A DNA stretch of 64,000 nt from an uncultured Alphaproteobacteria bacterium. GTDB taxonomy: Bacteria; Pseudomonadota; Alphaproteobacteria; Rhizobiales; Xanthobacteraceae. The position numbers and the translations under genes were made by a program. The stretch is from positions 3,632 through 67,631 of the forward strand of contig CAWETC010000033.1 in NCBI GenBank assembly GCA_963811915.1, written 5' to 3'. Positions 19,189 through 29,407 of the stretch are shown here, piece by piece. Numbering within the stretch: the first letter of the stretch is position 1; each line of letters begins with the position of its first letter. The notes under the pieces are model-generated. The model made no database searches, had not been told where the DNA came from, and worked only from the letters and a program-made list of their open reading frames with translations.

Positions 19189-20785
19189 GTTGGTCGACGG
19201 TGGCAGCCTCAGCATCTCCATCGCCTGCTCAACCGAGAAAGAACCCGGCCTTTGCCGCGGAGGAAATTGCGCAAAGCTCGCCAGATGCTGCCCCACGATC
19301 CCTTGCGCTGGAACGACCACGAACGCGTGCTCAATGAACCATCGCACGTAATCGCCGGACTCATGCTGCGCCCGCTCGAACGGATCGGAGCGCAGATTGA
19401 ACAACATCGGCAGCCGCAATTGTATCATCGGCTGTTGCCACACAGCGAGCCCTTCGGCCTTCTGTTCGAGGAAAACAGCCTTCCACTGATCGTAGCGCAG
19501 CCCTGCCAGGTTGCCGTCGTCGGTCCAGTAGAAAAACTCGCGGCGCTTGTCCGGCCCTTTGCGACCCAGAAGGTCACGCTGGTCATAACCATCCAGGTGT
19601 ACTTTGAACGTCTGGCCCGCAGCGCTGTAGCCCTGCAGCAGCTTCTCCTTGACGTCGGGCTCACCGGCCGCGGCGACCAGCGTCGTCGCCCAGTCCTCCG
19701 CCGAGAAGACGTCGTTGATTTCCGTATGTGCGGGCACCAATCCGGGCCAGCGCACCATTGCCGGGACCCGATAGCCGCCCTCCCAGTTGGTGTTTTTCTC
19801 GCCCTTGAAGGGCGTCGTGCCGCCGTCCGGCCATGAGAACGTCTCGGCACCATTGTCGGTGGTGTAGATCACGATCGTGTTGTTGGCGATGCCGAGATCG
19901 TCGAGCTTCTTTAATATCTGCCCGACCTGCCCGTCATGCTCCACCATGCCGTCGGGATAGATACCCAAACCGGTCTTGCCCTGAGACTTCGGGTTTGAGT
20001 CGGGTCCAGATATGCATCCGGCTTGGATTGAACCACACAAAGAATGGTTTCTTGTCGCGATTTGCGCGGTCGATGAAGTCGGTTGAGGCGTTGAGGAATT
20101 CCTCATCGATCGTCTCCATGCGCTTCTTGGTAAGCGGTCCGGTATCCTCGCACTTTTGTTTACCCCATGGGCCGAAGCGGGGATCGTCGCCCGGTGTCTC
20201 GATGGTGGTCGCAACGCATTTCATGACGCCGCGTGGACCGAACTGCGCCCTGAACGCAGGATTTTTCGGATAGTCCTGATGTTCCGGTTCATCTTCGGCA
20301 TTGAGATGGTAGAGGTTGCCAAAGAACTCGTCGAAGCCGTGCACGGTCGGCAGGAATTCGTTTCGGTCGCCGAGATGGTTCTTGCCGAATTGTCCGGTCG
20401 CATATCCCTGCGGCTTGAGAAGCTCAGCGATAGTTGGATCCTTTGCGGATAACCCTTCCTTCGCTCCAGGGAGACCCACCTTCAGAAGTCCCGTCCGCAA
20501 CGGACTCTGGCCAGTGATGAACGCGGCGCGTCCAGCGGTGCAGGATTGCTGGCCATAATAATCGGTGAAGATCGCGCCTTCATTCGCAATGCGATCGATG
20601 TTGGGCGTGTGGTAGCCCATCATGCCACGGTTGTAGGCGCTGATGTTCCAGTAGCCGATGTCGTCGGCCATGATGACCAGGATATTGGGCTTTTGCGGCT
20701 GTTGCGCGAGAGCTGGCGCATTGGCGGTCGTCGCGGCCGCGGCCAAAGCGAGCAGGCCCGGCCAGATGTTCTGTCGAAAGCCCAT
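19186..20785 (-). pseudogene. arylsulfatase with a single frameshift near 19989 (possibly a sequence error)
   Basis: N-part: PNILVIMADDIGYWN, QQSCTAGRAAFITGQ (Cys-type FGly motif), ...FFVWFNPSRMHIWTRLKPE. The C-part continues in another frame: SQGKTGLGIYPDGMVEHD...TTDNGAE. It is colinear with the intact paralog 21008-22795. Confidence 0.85.
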
Positions 20786-21007
20786 TAGACGCTCCTTTGT
20801 ACGCAGTGCCGGGAGGCACTGATTTGAAAGGACGAGTTCTTCGTCCGGGAGATAAATCAAGGCTGGACATCATTGTCCACGCCGGCAATCCACCTCGTGG
20901 ATCCTGGCACCGGCTTAAAAATGATACGGGTCCGTGACCGGGTGTTTTTTTGCGCTCGCGGGCGCCAGAATATGGCGCCCGCCTCAGCTGAAAGTCGTCG
21001 CAACCGG

Positions 21008-22795
21008 CTAGTCGCTCGCGTGACTGGCGTTCGCCTTCTTGACCTGCTCCAGGATCCCACTGAGGTTGTAGGTTTCGGGAGCCTGCAGCGGCGGATATTT
21101 TTCGTAACTCTGCAGATGTTCCAGCCACAGCTGCTGTCCGATCGGCAACATGTTCCAGTCATACTGGAAGGCCGTGACCGGTCCGCCAAGCGCACCGCCC
21201 AGGCTCATGGCGGTCTTCTGGTCGATGCCGACTGCCTGCTCGAAGGGATCGCGCTTGAGGTTGTTGACCAAGGTAAAGTGGAACGGAATGAGCGGCAGGA
21301 TCCAGCCGGCCGGCCCGGGCTGCGACATCGTGTAGTACATCTTCCAGTTCTTGTAGCGAACGGCCGATGGGGTCGCGCCCGAGAAATAGAAGAAGAAGTC
21401 GCGCGCTGACTTGTCGCTGGTGCCTTCAAGGTACGCGCGCTGGTCGAAACCGTCGAGCGTCGTCTTGACGATGCCGGGGTACGAACCGGCCTCGATCTGC
21501 GTCTTCAGCCCGTCGCCCTTGGGGCCGCCGGCGATATCAACCAAGGTGGGCACCCAGTCGAGCGCGGCAAATAGCTGGTTCTTGACCGTGCCGGGCTTGA
21601 TGTGGCCCGGCCAGCGCACGACCATCGGAGCACGGTAGCCGCCCTCCCACGCCTCACCCTTTTGTCCCTTGAACGGGGTGACGCCGCCGTCCGGGAAGCT
21701 GATTGCCTCGGCGCCGTTGTCGGTCGTGAAAACGACGATGGTGTTGTCGAGCTGCCCGATGTCTTCCAGCTTCTTGAGAACGACGCCGATGTTGTCATCC
21801 AGCTGCTTCATGCCGGCTTCGTTGACCCCCCAGTCTTTACCACCGGGTTGTCCGACCATGTCCATGTACTTCTGCGACAACACGGTCGTGACGTGCATAC
21901 GCGCCGGGTTGTACCAGACGAAGAAGGGCTTGTTGGTCTTCTTCGGGTCGTTGCGATCAATGAAGTCGACGACCTTGGCCGAGATTTCCTCGTCCACCGT
22001 CTTCGACCGCTCCAGCGTCAGCGGGCCCTCGTCCTTGCACATCTGGTTCTTCTCCGAGCCGTCTGAGGACTTGCACGCGAGCATCGGGCGCGGTGGTGTC
22101 AGGCATATCGTTGTCTGGGGATCCACCGCGCCGGGAACTTCGGCGACACCTGGGATCGGGGTGTTCTTGCACGGCGGAGCGACGCCCTGCACCAGCGGGG
22201 TCTGGTTGATGTCGGGAAAGCTCACCTGCTGCATCGCGTCGAGGTGATAGAGGTAGCCCCAGTATTCCTGGAAGCCATGCGCGGTCGGCAGGGCGGCGGT
22301 ATGGTCACCCAGGTGGTTCTTGCCGAATTCGCCGGTCGTATAGCCGAGATCGTACAGGAATTGTGCGAGAGCCGGTGTGCCGGGCCGCAGGTAGGACGGG
22401 CTGCCGGGAAGCTGCGGAGGGATCATGCCCGTGCGCAGCGGATACATGCCGGTAAAGAAGGCGTTGCGGCCGGAGGTGCAGCTCTGCATGGCAACGTAGT
22501 CCATGAAGATCGCGCCCTCGTTTCCGATGCGGTCGATGTTCGGCGTTTCGCCCACCATCAAGCCGCGATGGTAAATGCTCGGCTGCATCCAGCCGATATC
22601 GTCGCCCATGATGAAAAGGATGTTGGGCTTCTGTGACGTCCCCTGCGCCATCGCCGGCGTGCTCACCAGTCCGGACAGCGGCATCAATATCGATGCGCTC
22701 AACAGGACCGCACAGGATCGCTTGAGACAACCGGACGCCTTGCCCGGCGTCGTTGCAGCAGAAGGCGGCTTGTCATTGAATATGGAATCCAACAT
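21008..22795 (-). CDS. arylsulfatase (secreted)
   Basis: PNILFIMGDDIGW, MQSCTSGRNAFFTGM sulfatase signature, FTTDNGAE, GEAWEGGYRAP. 595 aa, intact. Confidence 0.9.
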   Translation of the reverse strand: MLDSIFNDKPPSAATTPGKASGCLKRSCAVLLSASILMPLSGLVSTPAMAQGTSQKPNILFIMGDDIGWMQPSIYHRGLMVGETPNIDRIGNEGAIFMDYVAMQSCTSGRNAFFTGMYPLRTGMIPPQLPGSPSYLRPGTPALAQFLYDLGYTTGEFGKNHLGDHTAALPTAHGFQEYWGYLYHLDAMQQVSFPDINQTPLVQGVAPPCKNTPIPGVAEVPGAVDPQTTICLTPPRPMLACKSSDGSEKNQMCKDEGPLTLERSKTVDEEISAKVVDFIDRNDPKKTNKPFFVWYNPARMHVTTVLSQKYMDMVGQPGGKDWGVNEAGMKQLDDNIGVVLKKLEDIGQLDNTIVVFTTDNGAEAISFPDGGVTPFKGQKGEAWEGGYRAPMVVRWPGHIKPGTVKNQLFAALDWVPTLVDIAGGPKGDGLKTQIEAGSYPGIVKTTLDGFDQRAYLEGTSDKSARDFFFYFSGATPSAVRYKNWKMYYTMSQPGPAGWILPLIPFHFTLVNNLKRDPFEQAVGIDQKTAMSLGGALGGPVTAFQYDWNMLPIGQQLWLEHLQSYEKYPPLQAPETYNLSGILEQVKKANASHASD

Positions 22796-22812
22796 GGCGT
22801 CGCTCTCCCTTT

Positions 22813-23835
22813 TTATGATGCGTCAGTGGCTCGTCTGATGCATCGAAAGCCAAGATGACTTGTGGATGTGTCGACCGGCTCCGCATGGCGCGCTGCCGGC
22901 CGGTAGCGTCGGCAGTAGTTCGGCGCGCACAAATGCGAGCCGCCTTTGATGACCTTTTGTGGAATCTTGACGTTGGTCGTTCGGGGGTCGTAGCTATCGG
23001 TTTCTCGCCCGCCGCGCGGGTTCTGCGGGATGCAGCAGGCTTTTGGTGCATCGGCTTCGTGTCGCGGCGAATACCAGTCAGCCGTCCATTCCCAGACGTT
23101 GCCGATCATGTCGTGCAGACCGTAACCGTTCGGCGGGAATGCGGTGACCGGCGACGTGCGTTCAAAACCGTCCGCATTGGCGTTCTGGCGAGGGAATTCA
23201 CCCTGCCAGGTATTGGCCATGTGACGGCCGGCCGGCGTGAATTCATCGCCCCACGCAAATTCGGCGCCGTCGAGCCCGCCACGCGCCGCAAATTCCCATT
23301 CCGCTTCAGTCGGTAAATCCTTGCCAGCCCATTTCGCGTAGGCGAGCGCATCGCTGAAGGCCACGTGCACAACGGGATGATCGTCCAGCCCACGGATGTT
23401 GCTTCCGGGTCCGTAGGGATGCCGCCATTGCGCGCCCCTGGCGAACGTCCACCACTGGCTGAAGTCGCGCAGGTTGACCGGATGGTTGGGCGGCAAGAAC
23501 ATCAGCGAGCCCGCATAGACCATATGCGGGAGCATTCCAGGATAGTCCTTCGGATCTGGCGTGATCTCGGCAACGGTGACGTGCCTGGTAGCCCTTACGA
23601 ATTCCCTGAATTGCCGGTTCGTCACCGGATAGCGGTCCATCCAGAAACCGTCCACCGTGACGCGGTGCGCCGGGGCTTCTTCCGGATAATGCCTGTCCGA
23701 TCCCATGCGAAAGGTGCCACCGGGTATCCAGACCATTTTATCGATGTCTGAAGGACCATCACAGCTGGTGACGTCGGGCGTAAGCTCGGACGCAGGGTGC
23801 ATTGTCATCAAAGCGTCACCTCCCAACCGATGCAT
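22813..23835 (-). CDS. formylglycine-generating enzyme (SUMF1/FGE family)
   Basis: GTFRMGSDRHYPEEAPAHRVTVDGFWMDRYPVTNRQFREFV, GNVWEWTADWY, KGGSHLCAPNYCRRYRPAAR. Confidence 0.9.
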   Translation of the reverse strand: MHRLGGDALMTMHPASELTPDVTSCDGPSDIDKMVWIPGGTFRMGSDRHYPEEAPAHRVTVDGFWMDRYPVTNRQFREFVRATRHVTVAEITPDPKDYPGMLPHMVYAGSLMFLPPNHPVNLRDFSQWWTFARGAQWRHPYGPGSNIRGLDDHPVVHVAFSDALAYAKWAGKDLPTEAEWEFAARGGLDGAEFAWGDEFTPAGRHMANTWQGEFPRQNANADGFERTSPVTAFPPNGYGLHDMIGNVWEWTADWYSPRHEADAPKACCIPQNPRGGRETDSYDPRTTNVKIPQKVIKGGSHLCAPNYCRRYRPAARHAEPVDTSTSHLGFRCIRRATDAS

Positions 23836-24093
23836 GCGGCGTGCATCTGAGTGAGCGTACGCTACGTAGGAGAAGCCTTCCCCGCTATTGGACCGTGGTC
23901 CAACATTGGGCGGGGATTTGCATGGTACCCATCGGTCGTCTTCGCGTTCGCGGAGGTCGAAGCGCCATCAAGGGCTAGCCCTCAGGGTCAATGTCGCGGC
24001 GTTGATTTTGCTGACAGAATGCGATCGAGCTTGGTATCATCACCCGAACGTGAAACCGTCGAGCCGCGGCTCGCAGCACGGGAAGGTCAGGGC

Positions 24094-25818
24094 ATGATCA
24101 GCTTGTCCATTCGGCGGAAGATCATGGGGATTGCGGTCGCATTGATCGTGCTGATGGCTATTACCGCCCTTTTTTCGATGACGTCCGTCATACGGGTGGG
24201 CGGCCAGTTGGATGAACTTACCCGGAGTTACATTCCTGCTTATGGCAACCTTGCGCGAGCCAATATTCGTTCGTTGCAGCGCGCGCTTGACCTCCGGCGA
24301 ATGCTTATCGCTAAACTCAAGTCACCCTCGAATGACGTTACTGCAATCCGGGCCAGCTTCGACGCAACGGGTGGTGAATTCGACAACGAGGTAGAGGCGG
24401 CGCGCAAGCTTATCGGCGGGCTGATAGAAAAGAATGCTGCCTCGGCCGATATCCGTTCACTGGTGCGGCTTCAGACCCGTCTCGATGCGGTCGTTGATGA
24501 TTCCCGGCGACATCTGAACGATGAAATCGGCCGCCTGCTGAATTTGCTGGAAGCAGGCAACGCTTCCGCGATTGACGAGGGCGTGACCCGCGTGGATGCG
24601 CTCCGCGATGAACTCGACGGCAAGCTGGAAGGGATCCGGGCAGACATGCTGGTGCTCCTGCGAGGGGATGCGGATCTCACTACGCAAAAGCAACGTCGTG
24701 TGACGTTGATAGCCGCATTCCTGACACTGCTTGCGGCGGTTCTCGGACTGGTGTTCTCGCTGTTGGTCAGCGCGGGGATCACACGCCCCGTCAGGCGGCT
24801 ACTCGAAGGTGCAAAGGCGGTCGAAGTCGGCCACCTCGATGAAATGGTGCCGATTACGTCGCAAGACGAAATTGGGCATTTGACGACGGCCTTCAATCAG
24901 ATGATAGAGCAACTACGCCTCAAGGAGCGAATCCGGGAGACTTTTGGAAAGTACATTGATCCGCGCATCGTCGAGGGATTGATCGACCGGCCCACGCTGG
25001 CGGCGGAAGGACAGCGGCGCGTCATGACCGTGCTGTTTTGCGACGTCAGGGGATTTACCAGCACCAGCGAGGGGATGACTCCGCAGGGTCTTGTGAAGGT
25101 CATGAATCGCTACTTCTCGACGATGTCTGCTGCAATCCGCGATCATGAGGGAATCATCGACAAATATATTGGCGATGCCATCATGGCGTATTGGGGCCCT
25201 CCATTTACGGACGATGCCGCGCAGGCACGGCTCGCCTGCCTTGCCGCTCTGAAAATGCTCGAGCTGGTTCCGCAGCTCAGAACCGAGCTTCCTGAGCTTC
25301 TCGGCGTTCGCAATCTTCCCAATTCATTCGATTTGCGGATAGGCATAGCTACCGGCGAGGTACTCGTTGGCAGCATCGGCTCCGAGCTGATGATGAACTA
25401 CACCGTGATGGGCGACACCGTTAATCTCGCCTCCCGTCTGGAGGGCGCCAACAAGGAATATGGCGGTTGCATTCTTGTGTCGGAGGCAACCATCGCCGCC
25501 GCCTCCGACGCGGTGGAGGCGCGCGAGATCGATCGAGTTGCCGTGCTGGGCCAAAATCGGCCGCAAGCGGTGTTTGAGATCATGGGGCGCAAGGGCGAAC
25601 TCTCGCCGGCGCAGCTCGAGCTGCGTGATCGTTTCGCGGAAGGCTTGGCCTGCTACAGGCGTCGACAATGGAACGAAGCGCGCCGCGCGTTTGAGGCGGC
25701 GCTTGCTATCGTCCCCAATGATGGCCCGTCGATAACCTTCATCAATCGCCTTGATAAATTGACCCTGCATCCGCCCGGCGAGGATTGGGACGGTTCCTGG
25801 CGGCTTGAGCAGAAGTAA
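24094..25818 (+). CDS. membrane class III adenylate/guanylate cyclase with helical sensor region and HAMP
   Basis: TM MGIAVALIVLMAITALFSM, HAMP TRPVRRLLEGAKAVEVGHLDEMVPITSQDEIGHLTTAFNQM, cyclase core VMTVLFCDVRGFTSTSE...KYIGDAIMAYWG...RIGIATGEVLVGSIGS. Confidence 0.85.
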   Translation: MISLSIRRKIMGIAVALIVLMAITALFSMTSVIRVGGQLDELTRSYIPAYGNLARANIRSLQRALDLRRMLIAKLKSPSNDVTAIRASFDATGGEFDNEVEAARKLIGGLIEKNAASADIRSLVRLQTRLDAVVDDSRRHLNDEIGRLLNLLEAGNASAIDEGVTRVDALRDELDGKLEGIRADMLVLLRGDADLTTQKQRRVTLIAAFLTLLAAVLGLVFSLLVSAGITRPVRRLLEGAKAVEVGHLDEMVPITSQDEIGHLTTAFNQMIEQLRLKERIRETFGKYIDPRIVEGLIDRPTLAAEGQRRVMTVLFCDVRGFTSTSEGMTPQGLVKVMNRYFSTMSAAIRDHEGIIDKYIGDAIMAYWGPPFTDDAAQARLACLAALKMLELVPQLRTELPELLGVRNLPNSFDLRIGIATGEVLVGSIGSELMMNYTVMGDTVNLASRLEGANKEYGGCILVSEATIAAASDAVEAREIDRVAVLGQNRPQAVFEIMGRKGELSPAQLELRDRFAEGLACYRRRQWNEARRAFEAALAIVPNDGPSITFINRLDKLTLHPPGEDWDGSWRLEQK

Positions 25819-26307
25819 CGTACGAGCATGTCACTCCATCAAACACTTGATCGGAGAAAAAGCCATGCACCCGTTCGCCATCGTCGGCCTTTCATTGTTC
25901 ATCAACCCCGCGTTGGCGCAGACGCAGCTTCCCCCGCTAACGTCAGTGCCGACCGCAACGGAATTTGCTGACGATGCGTCTACGATCAGGTCGTGATGAA
26001 GCCCAAGTTCGAGGTTCTCTTCGTCCGCTCCAAATCGTGACGCCGCGGGTGATCGTCAGGCAGCGGCCGTTTGCCTGCTATTTTATGGAGCGGTCACTAT
26101 CCGCTATGCGCGGCCGGCAAGATCGAGCCGGGTCCCTCGTTTAAAAATTTCTCATTGATCTTGCTCATAAATTGCCTGTCGCCAGATGGAGCGCGCGCTG
26201 CCAAAATATGGTAGGTTACATTCGATCATTCGAACGGCATACCTTCGGGGCGCCAGTTTTTTGCGAATTTCTGATGGCGTATTTTTGGCGTAGCGGCCTT
26301 TACCGGA

Positions 26308-28164
26308 ATGGCAAGGACACGAATAGTTTGGTGGAGCTTGGTGCTCCTTTTTCTGTTCGCGGCGGAATCGTACGCCGCTGAGCCGCGCCGCGTGCTGATG
26401 TTGCACGCTTTTGGTCACGCCTACTCGCCGTGGAGCGATATGGCAGCGAGTTTTCGGGCCGAGATCATCAAGAGGTCTCCGCAGCCGATAGACCTCTATG
26501 AAGTTTCGCTTGATACAGCCCGAGTCCAGGATGCCAAGCAGGACGCACCGTTCGTTGAATACATCAAGGCGTTGCTTTCCGGACGTCGACCCGATCTGAT
26601 CGTGCCGGTTGGCGCTCCGGCGGCGTTCTTCCTGCAGCGGAATCGGCCACAGCTGTTTCCAAGGACACCCATGATGACCCTTGGAGCTGATATCCGTCGC
26701 ATTCCCGGCGCGACACGCACTGAGTACGATACCGCCGTGCTGCTCGATCTCGATCTTCCAGCCTATCTGACGAACGTTCTGCAACTGCTGCCTGAAACGA
26801 CGGATATAGCCGTGGTGGTGGGAAATTCTCCGGTCGAAAGATACTGGACTTCGGAACTGCACCGTGCCTTTCAACAGTTTGCGGATCGCGTGAACATCAC
26901 CTGGTTCAACGATTTGACGTTGGGCGAAATGCAGGAACGGGCCGCTAGAATGCCGGCGAAATCCGTAATTTTCTGGTTTTTGCTTTCGGAAGATGCGGCC
27001 GGGGTTCCATATTCGGAAGACCGCGCATTGGAGACGATGCGGGAAGTGTCTGCCGTGCCAATTTTTGGGATGGGTGATTATCAAATGGGTCGAGGCATCG
27101 TTGGTGGGCCCTTGATGCAGACCAAGGCTCTGGGCCAGCAAGGGGCGGACGCCGCGTTGCAAATCCTGAAGGGGGAGATGCCAAGCACCGTCGATCCGCC
27201 ATCGGTGTTGTTCGGGCCGCCGGCTTATGACAGCCGGGAACTACAGCGTTGGGGTGTCAGCGAAGCCCGGCTGCCAGCGGGCAGCATCGTGCACTTTCGT
27301 CAACCGACCATCTGGGATCAGTATCGCTGGCCCATCGTTGCCGTCGCGACGACCATTCCACTGCAGTTTATCCTTATTGGTTACGTTCTTTTTCAGGGCC
27401 GACGTCGCCGAGAGGCCGAGGCTGAGACTGCCCTTCAGCGCAAGGAGGTCGAGCATCTGATGCGGGTGTCGGTGCTTGGTGAACTTTCCGGCTCGATTGC
27501 GCACGAAATCAATCAGCCGCTCACCGCAATACTGTCGAATGCGCAAGCAGCCCTCCATCTGCTGGCGCAGAAGTCGCCGGACCTGGTCGAAATTCATGAT
27601 GCGCTCGAGGAGATTGTTCATGAAGACAATCGGGCCGGCGAGGTTATCCACCGTCTCCGCGATCTCCTGAAGAAGGGCGAGCGGAAAGTGGAAAACGTCA
27701 ATATCAATGACCTTGTCCGGTCGACAATCAGCTTGCTGAACAGCGAACTGGTTGGCCGCGATATCAAAGTCAAACTTGATTTGGGAAATAGCGCATTTCT
27801 GGTGCGCGGCGATCCCGTTCAACTGCAGCAAGTCCTGCTCAATCTTGTCATGAACGCGATGGATGCCATGGCCTCGACCCCGATGGATCGGCGGCTTGTC
27901 CTGATCTCAACCCGCGGGGCGCATAATGGAATGGTCGACGTTCTCGTGAAGGATCGCGGGCACGGCATCCGTGCGAAGGAAAACGGTCATTTGTTTGAGC
28001 CGTTTTACACCACCAAGGACCGCGGCCTTGGTCTTGGTCTGGCCCTCTGTTCGACGATCATACGGGCGCATCAGGGAAAGCTGACTCTGGTCAACGACCG
28101 GGCCGGTGGTGCCATTGCAGGATTTTCGTTGCCAATCCAGGAGCCGGCAATCGGTGCTGCATGA
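26308..28164 (+). CDS. sensor histidine kinase with periplasmic ABC-substrate-binding-like domain
   Basis: Signal/TM IVWWSLVLLFLFAAESYA, ~330-aa periplasmic domain, TM IVAVATTIPLQFILIGYVLF, H box GELSGSIAHEINQPLTAI, HATPase DRGHGI..GLGLGLALCSTII. Confidence 0.85.
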   Translation: MARTRIVWWSLVLLFLFAAESYAAEPRRVLMLHAFGHAYSPWSDMAASFRAEIIKRSPQPIDLYEVSLDTARVQDAKQDAPFVEYIKALLSGRRPDLIVPVGAPAAFFLQRNRPQLFPRTPMMTLGADIRRIPGATRTEYDTAVLLDLDLPAYLTNVLQLLPETTDIAVVVGNSPVERYWTSELHRAFQQFADRVNITWFNDLTLGEMQERAARMPAKSVIFWFLLSEDAAGVPYSEDRALETMREVSAVPIFGMGDYQMGRGIVGGPLMQTKALGQQGADAALQILKGEMPSTVDPPSVLFGPPAYDSRELQRWGVSEARLPAGSIVHFRQPTIWDQYRWPIVAVATTIPLQFILIGYVLFQGRRRREAEAETALQRKEVEHLMRVSVLGELSGSIAHEINQPLTAILSNAQAALHLLAQKSPDLVEIHDALEEIVHEDNRAGEVIHRLRDLLKKGERKVENVNINDLVRSTISLLNSELVGRDIKVKLDLGNSAFLVRGDPVQLQQVLLNLVMNAMDAMASTPMDRRLVLISTRGAHNGMVDVLVKDRGHGIRAKENGHLFEPFYTTKDRGLGLGLALCSTIIRAHQGKLTLVNDRAGGAIAGFSLPIQEPAIGAA

Positions 28165-28781
28165 CGGGCAAATTCACAGTCTATCTTGTCGACGATGACC
28201 CCGGGGTCCTCAAGGCGCTGTCGCGGCTGCTCCGCGCCAGGGGATATGAGGTCAAGCCGTATTTTTCGCCGCAGCTATTCCTCGAAGAGCACGACGCGGC
28301 GGTTCCCGGCTGCGCCATTCTGGATGTGTCGATGCCTGGTCTCGATGGCTTGGAGCTTCAGCGCGCGCTGACCGCCACTGGTGGCTCTCATCGTCCCGTC
28401 CTGTTCGTCACCGGCAAGGGTGACATTCCGACGAGCGTGCGCGCCATGAAAGCCGGGGCGATCGACTTCCTGACCAAACCGGTGAAGGACGAGGATTTGT
28501 TCAAAGCCGTATCCAATGCTGAAGCCCTCGACGTCGAGTCGCGGCGCCTTCATTCCGAACTGGAATTGATGCAGGCGAAGGTCAGGACCTTGACCCCCCG
28601 CGAACGCGAAGTGCTTACGCATGTCGTGGCGGGGCGGCTCAACAAGCAGATTGCCGGCGACCTGGGTACGGCTGAAAAGACCATCAAGGTCCACCGCAGC
28701 CGGATGATGGAGAAGCTGGGCATTCGCATGGTCGCCGATCTCGTTCGCATGGCCGAAAAGCTCAATCTTTCGAAGCAGTGA
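28161..28781 (+). CDS. FixJ/NarL-type response regulator (REC + LuxR HTH)
   Basis: VYLVDDDPGVLKAL, ILDVSMPGLDGLEL, LTPREREVLTHVVAGRLNKQIAGDLGTAEKTIKVHR. ATGA overlap with the kinase stop. Confidence 0.9.
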   Translation: MTGKFTVYLVDDDPGVLKALSRLLRARGYEVKPYFSPQLFLEEHDAAVPGCAILDVSMPGLDGLELQRALTATGGSHRPVLFVTGKGDIPTSVRAMKAGAIDFLTKPVKDEDLFKAVSNAEALDVESRRLHSELELMQAKVRTLTPREREVLTHVVAGRLNKQIAGDLGTAEKTIKVHRSRMMEKLGIRMVADLVRMAEKLNLSKQ

Positions 28782-28840
28782 AAGCACTATTGGCCCAACG
28801 GCCAACTCGACGCGCGCACGGGCAACCGCAATAATCATTC

Positions 28841-29221
28841 ATGGTGGAAGCTTGCCAATGGATTGCTGTGGTGGACGATGATCCAGCCGTGCTCAAGGCC
28901 TTGAGCCGGTTGTTGCGTTCGCACGCTTTTCATGCCCGGACGTACGGATCGGGACAGGACTTTCTCGCGGCACTGCCCGGGGATCTTCCTGCATGCCTGA
29001 TTGTCGATCTGCAGATGCCGGAGATGAACGGCTTGGAGCTCCAACAGCAACTCCTGCGTAACGGTATAAAAATTCCAACCATTCTGATCACAGCGCATAG
29101 CGACGCCGCGTTGCGCGAACACGAAGGTGAGCTTGTTGCCAGCCTCAGGAAACCCTTGCAGAAGGACGCCTTGTTTGCGGCTATCGATCGAGCTTTCGGC
29201 GGCTCGCGGAACGGCGGCTAG
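28841..29221 (+). CDS. stand-alone receiver-domain response regulator
   Basis: IAVVDDDPAVLKAL, LIVDLQMPEMNGLEL, ILITAHSD, LRKPL. The stop codon TAG is the first 3 nt of a family A repeat. Confidence 0.8.
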   Translation: MVEACQWIAVVDDDPAVLKALSRLLRSHAFHARTYGSGQDFLAALPGDLPACLIVDLQMPEMNGLELQQQLLRNGIKIPTILITAHSDAALREHEGELVASLRKPLQKDALFAAIDRAFGGSRNGG

Positions 29222-29322
29222 AGCCCCATCGGTTCTGATTGAATCAGAACCGGGCTCTAGTCTTGTGTTTCGACGCGTTTTCTTCACCCGAACCGGTGTC
29301 CACTTCGTTCGAAAACGCTCTA
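29219..29322 (+). repeat. repeat family A (MITE-like, ~104 nt)
   Basis: TAGAGCCccatcGGTTCTGATtgaATCAGAACCggGCTCtagtcttgtgtttcgacGCGTTTTCttcacccgaaccggtgtccacttcgttcGAAAACGCTCTA. The termini are inverted repeats TAGAGC / GCTCTA. Confidence 0.85.
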
Positions 29323-29407
29323 AATCGCGCCAAGGCACGCGCCGGAACCCCATCGCCACCTGCCCAATGTATAATCGCTTATGAGGGAATGGCGGAGTTT
29401 CGCCCTT

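Noticed and set aside
25865-25996. 43-aa ORF with signal-like N-terminus (MHPFAIVGLSLFINPALAQ...) after the cyclase
   Set aside because: It is short and followed by two stops. It may be the stump of a truncated gene, and there is not enough evidence.
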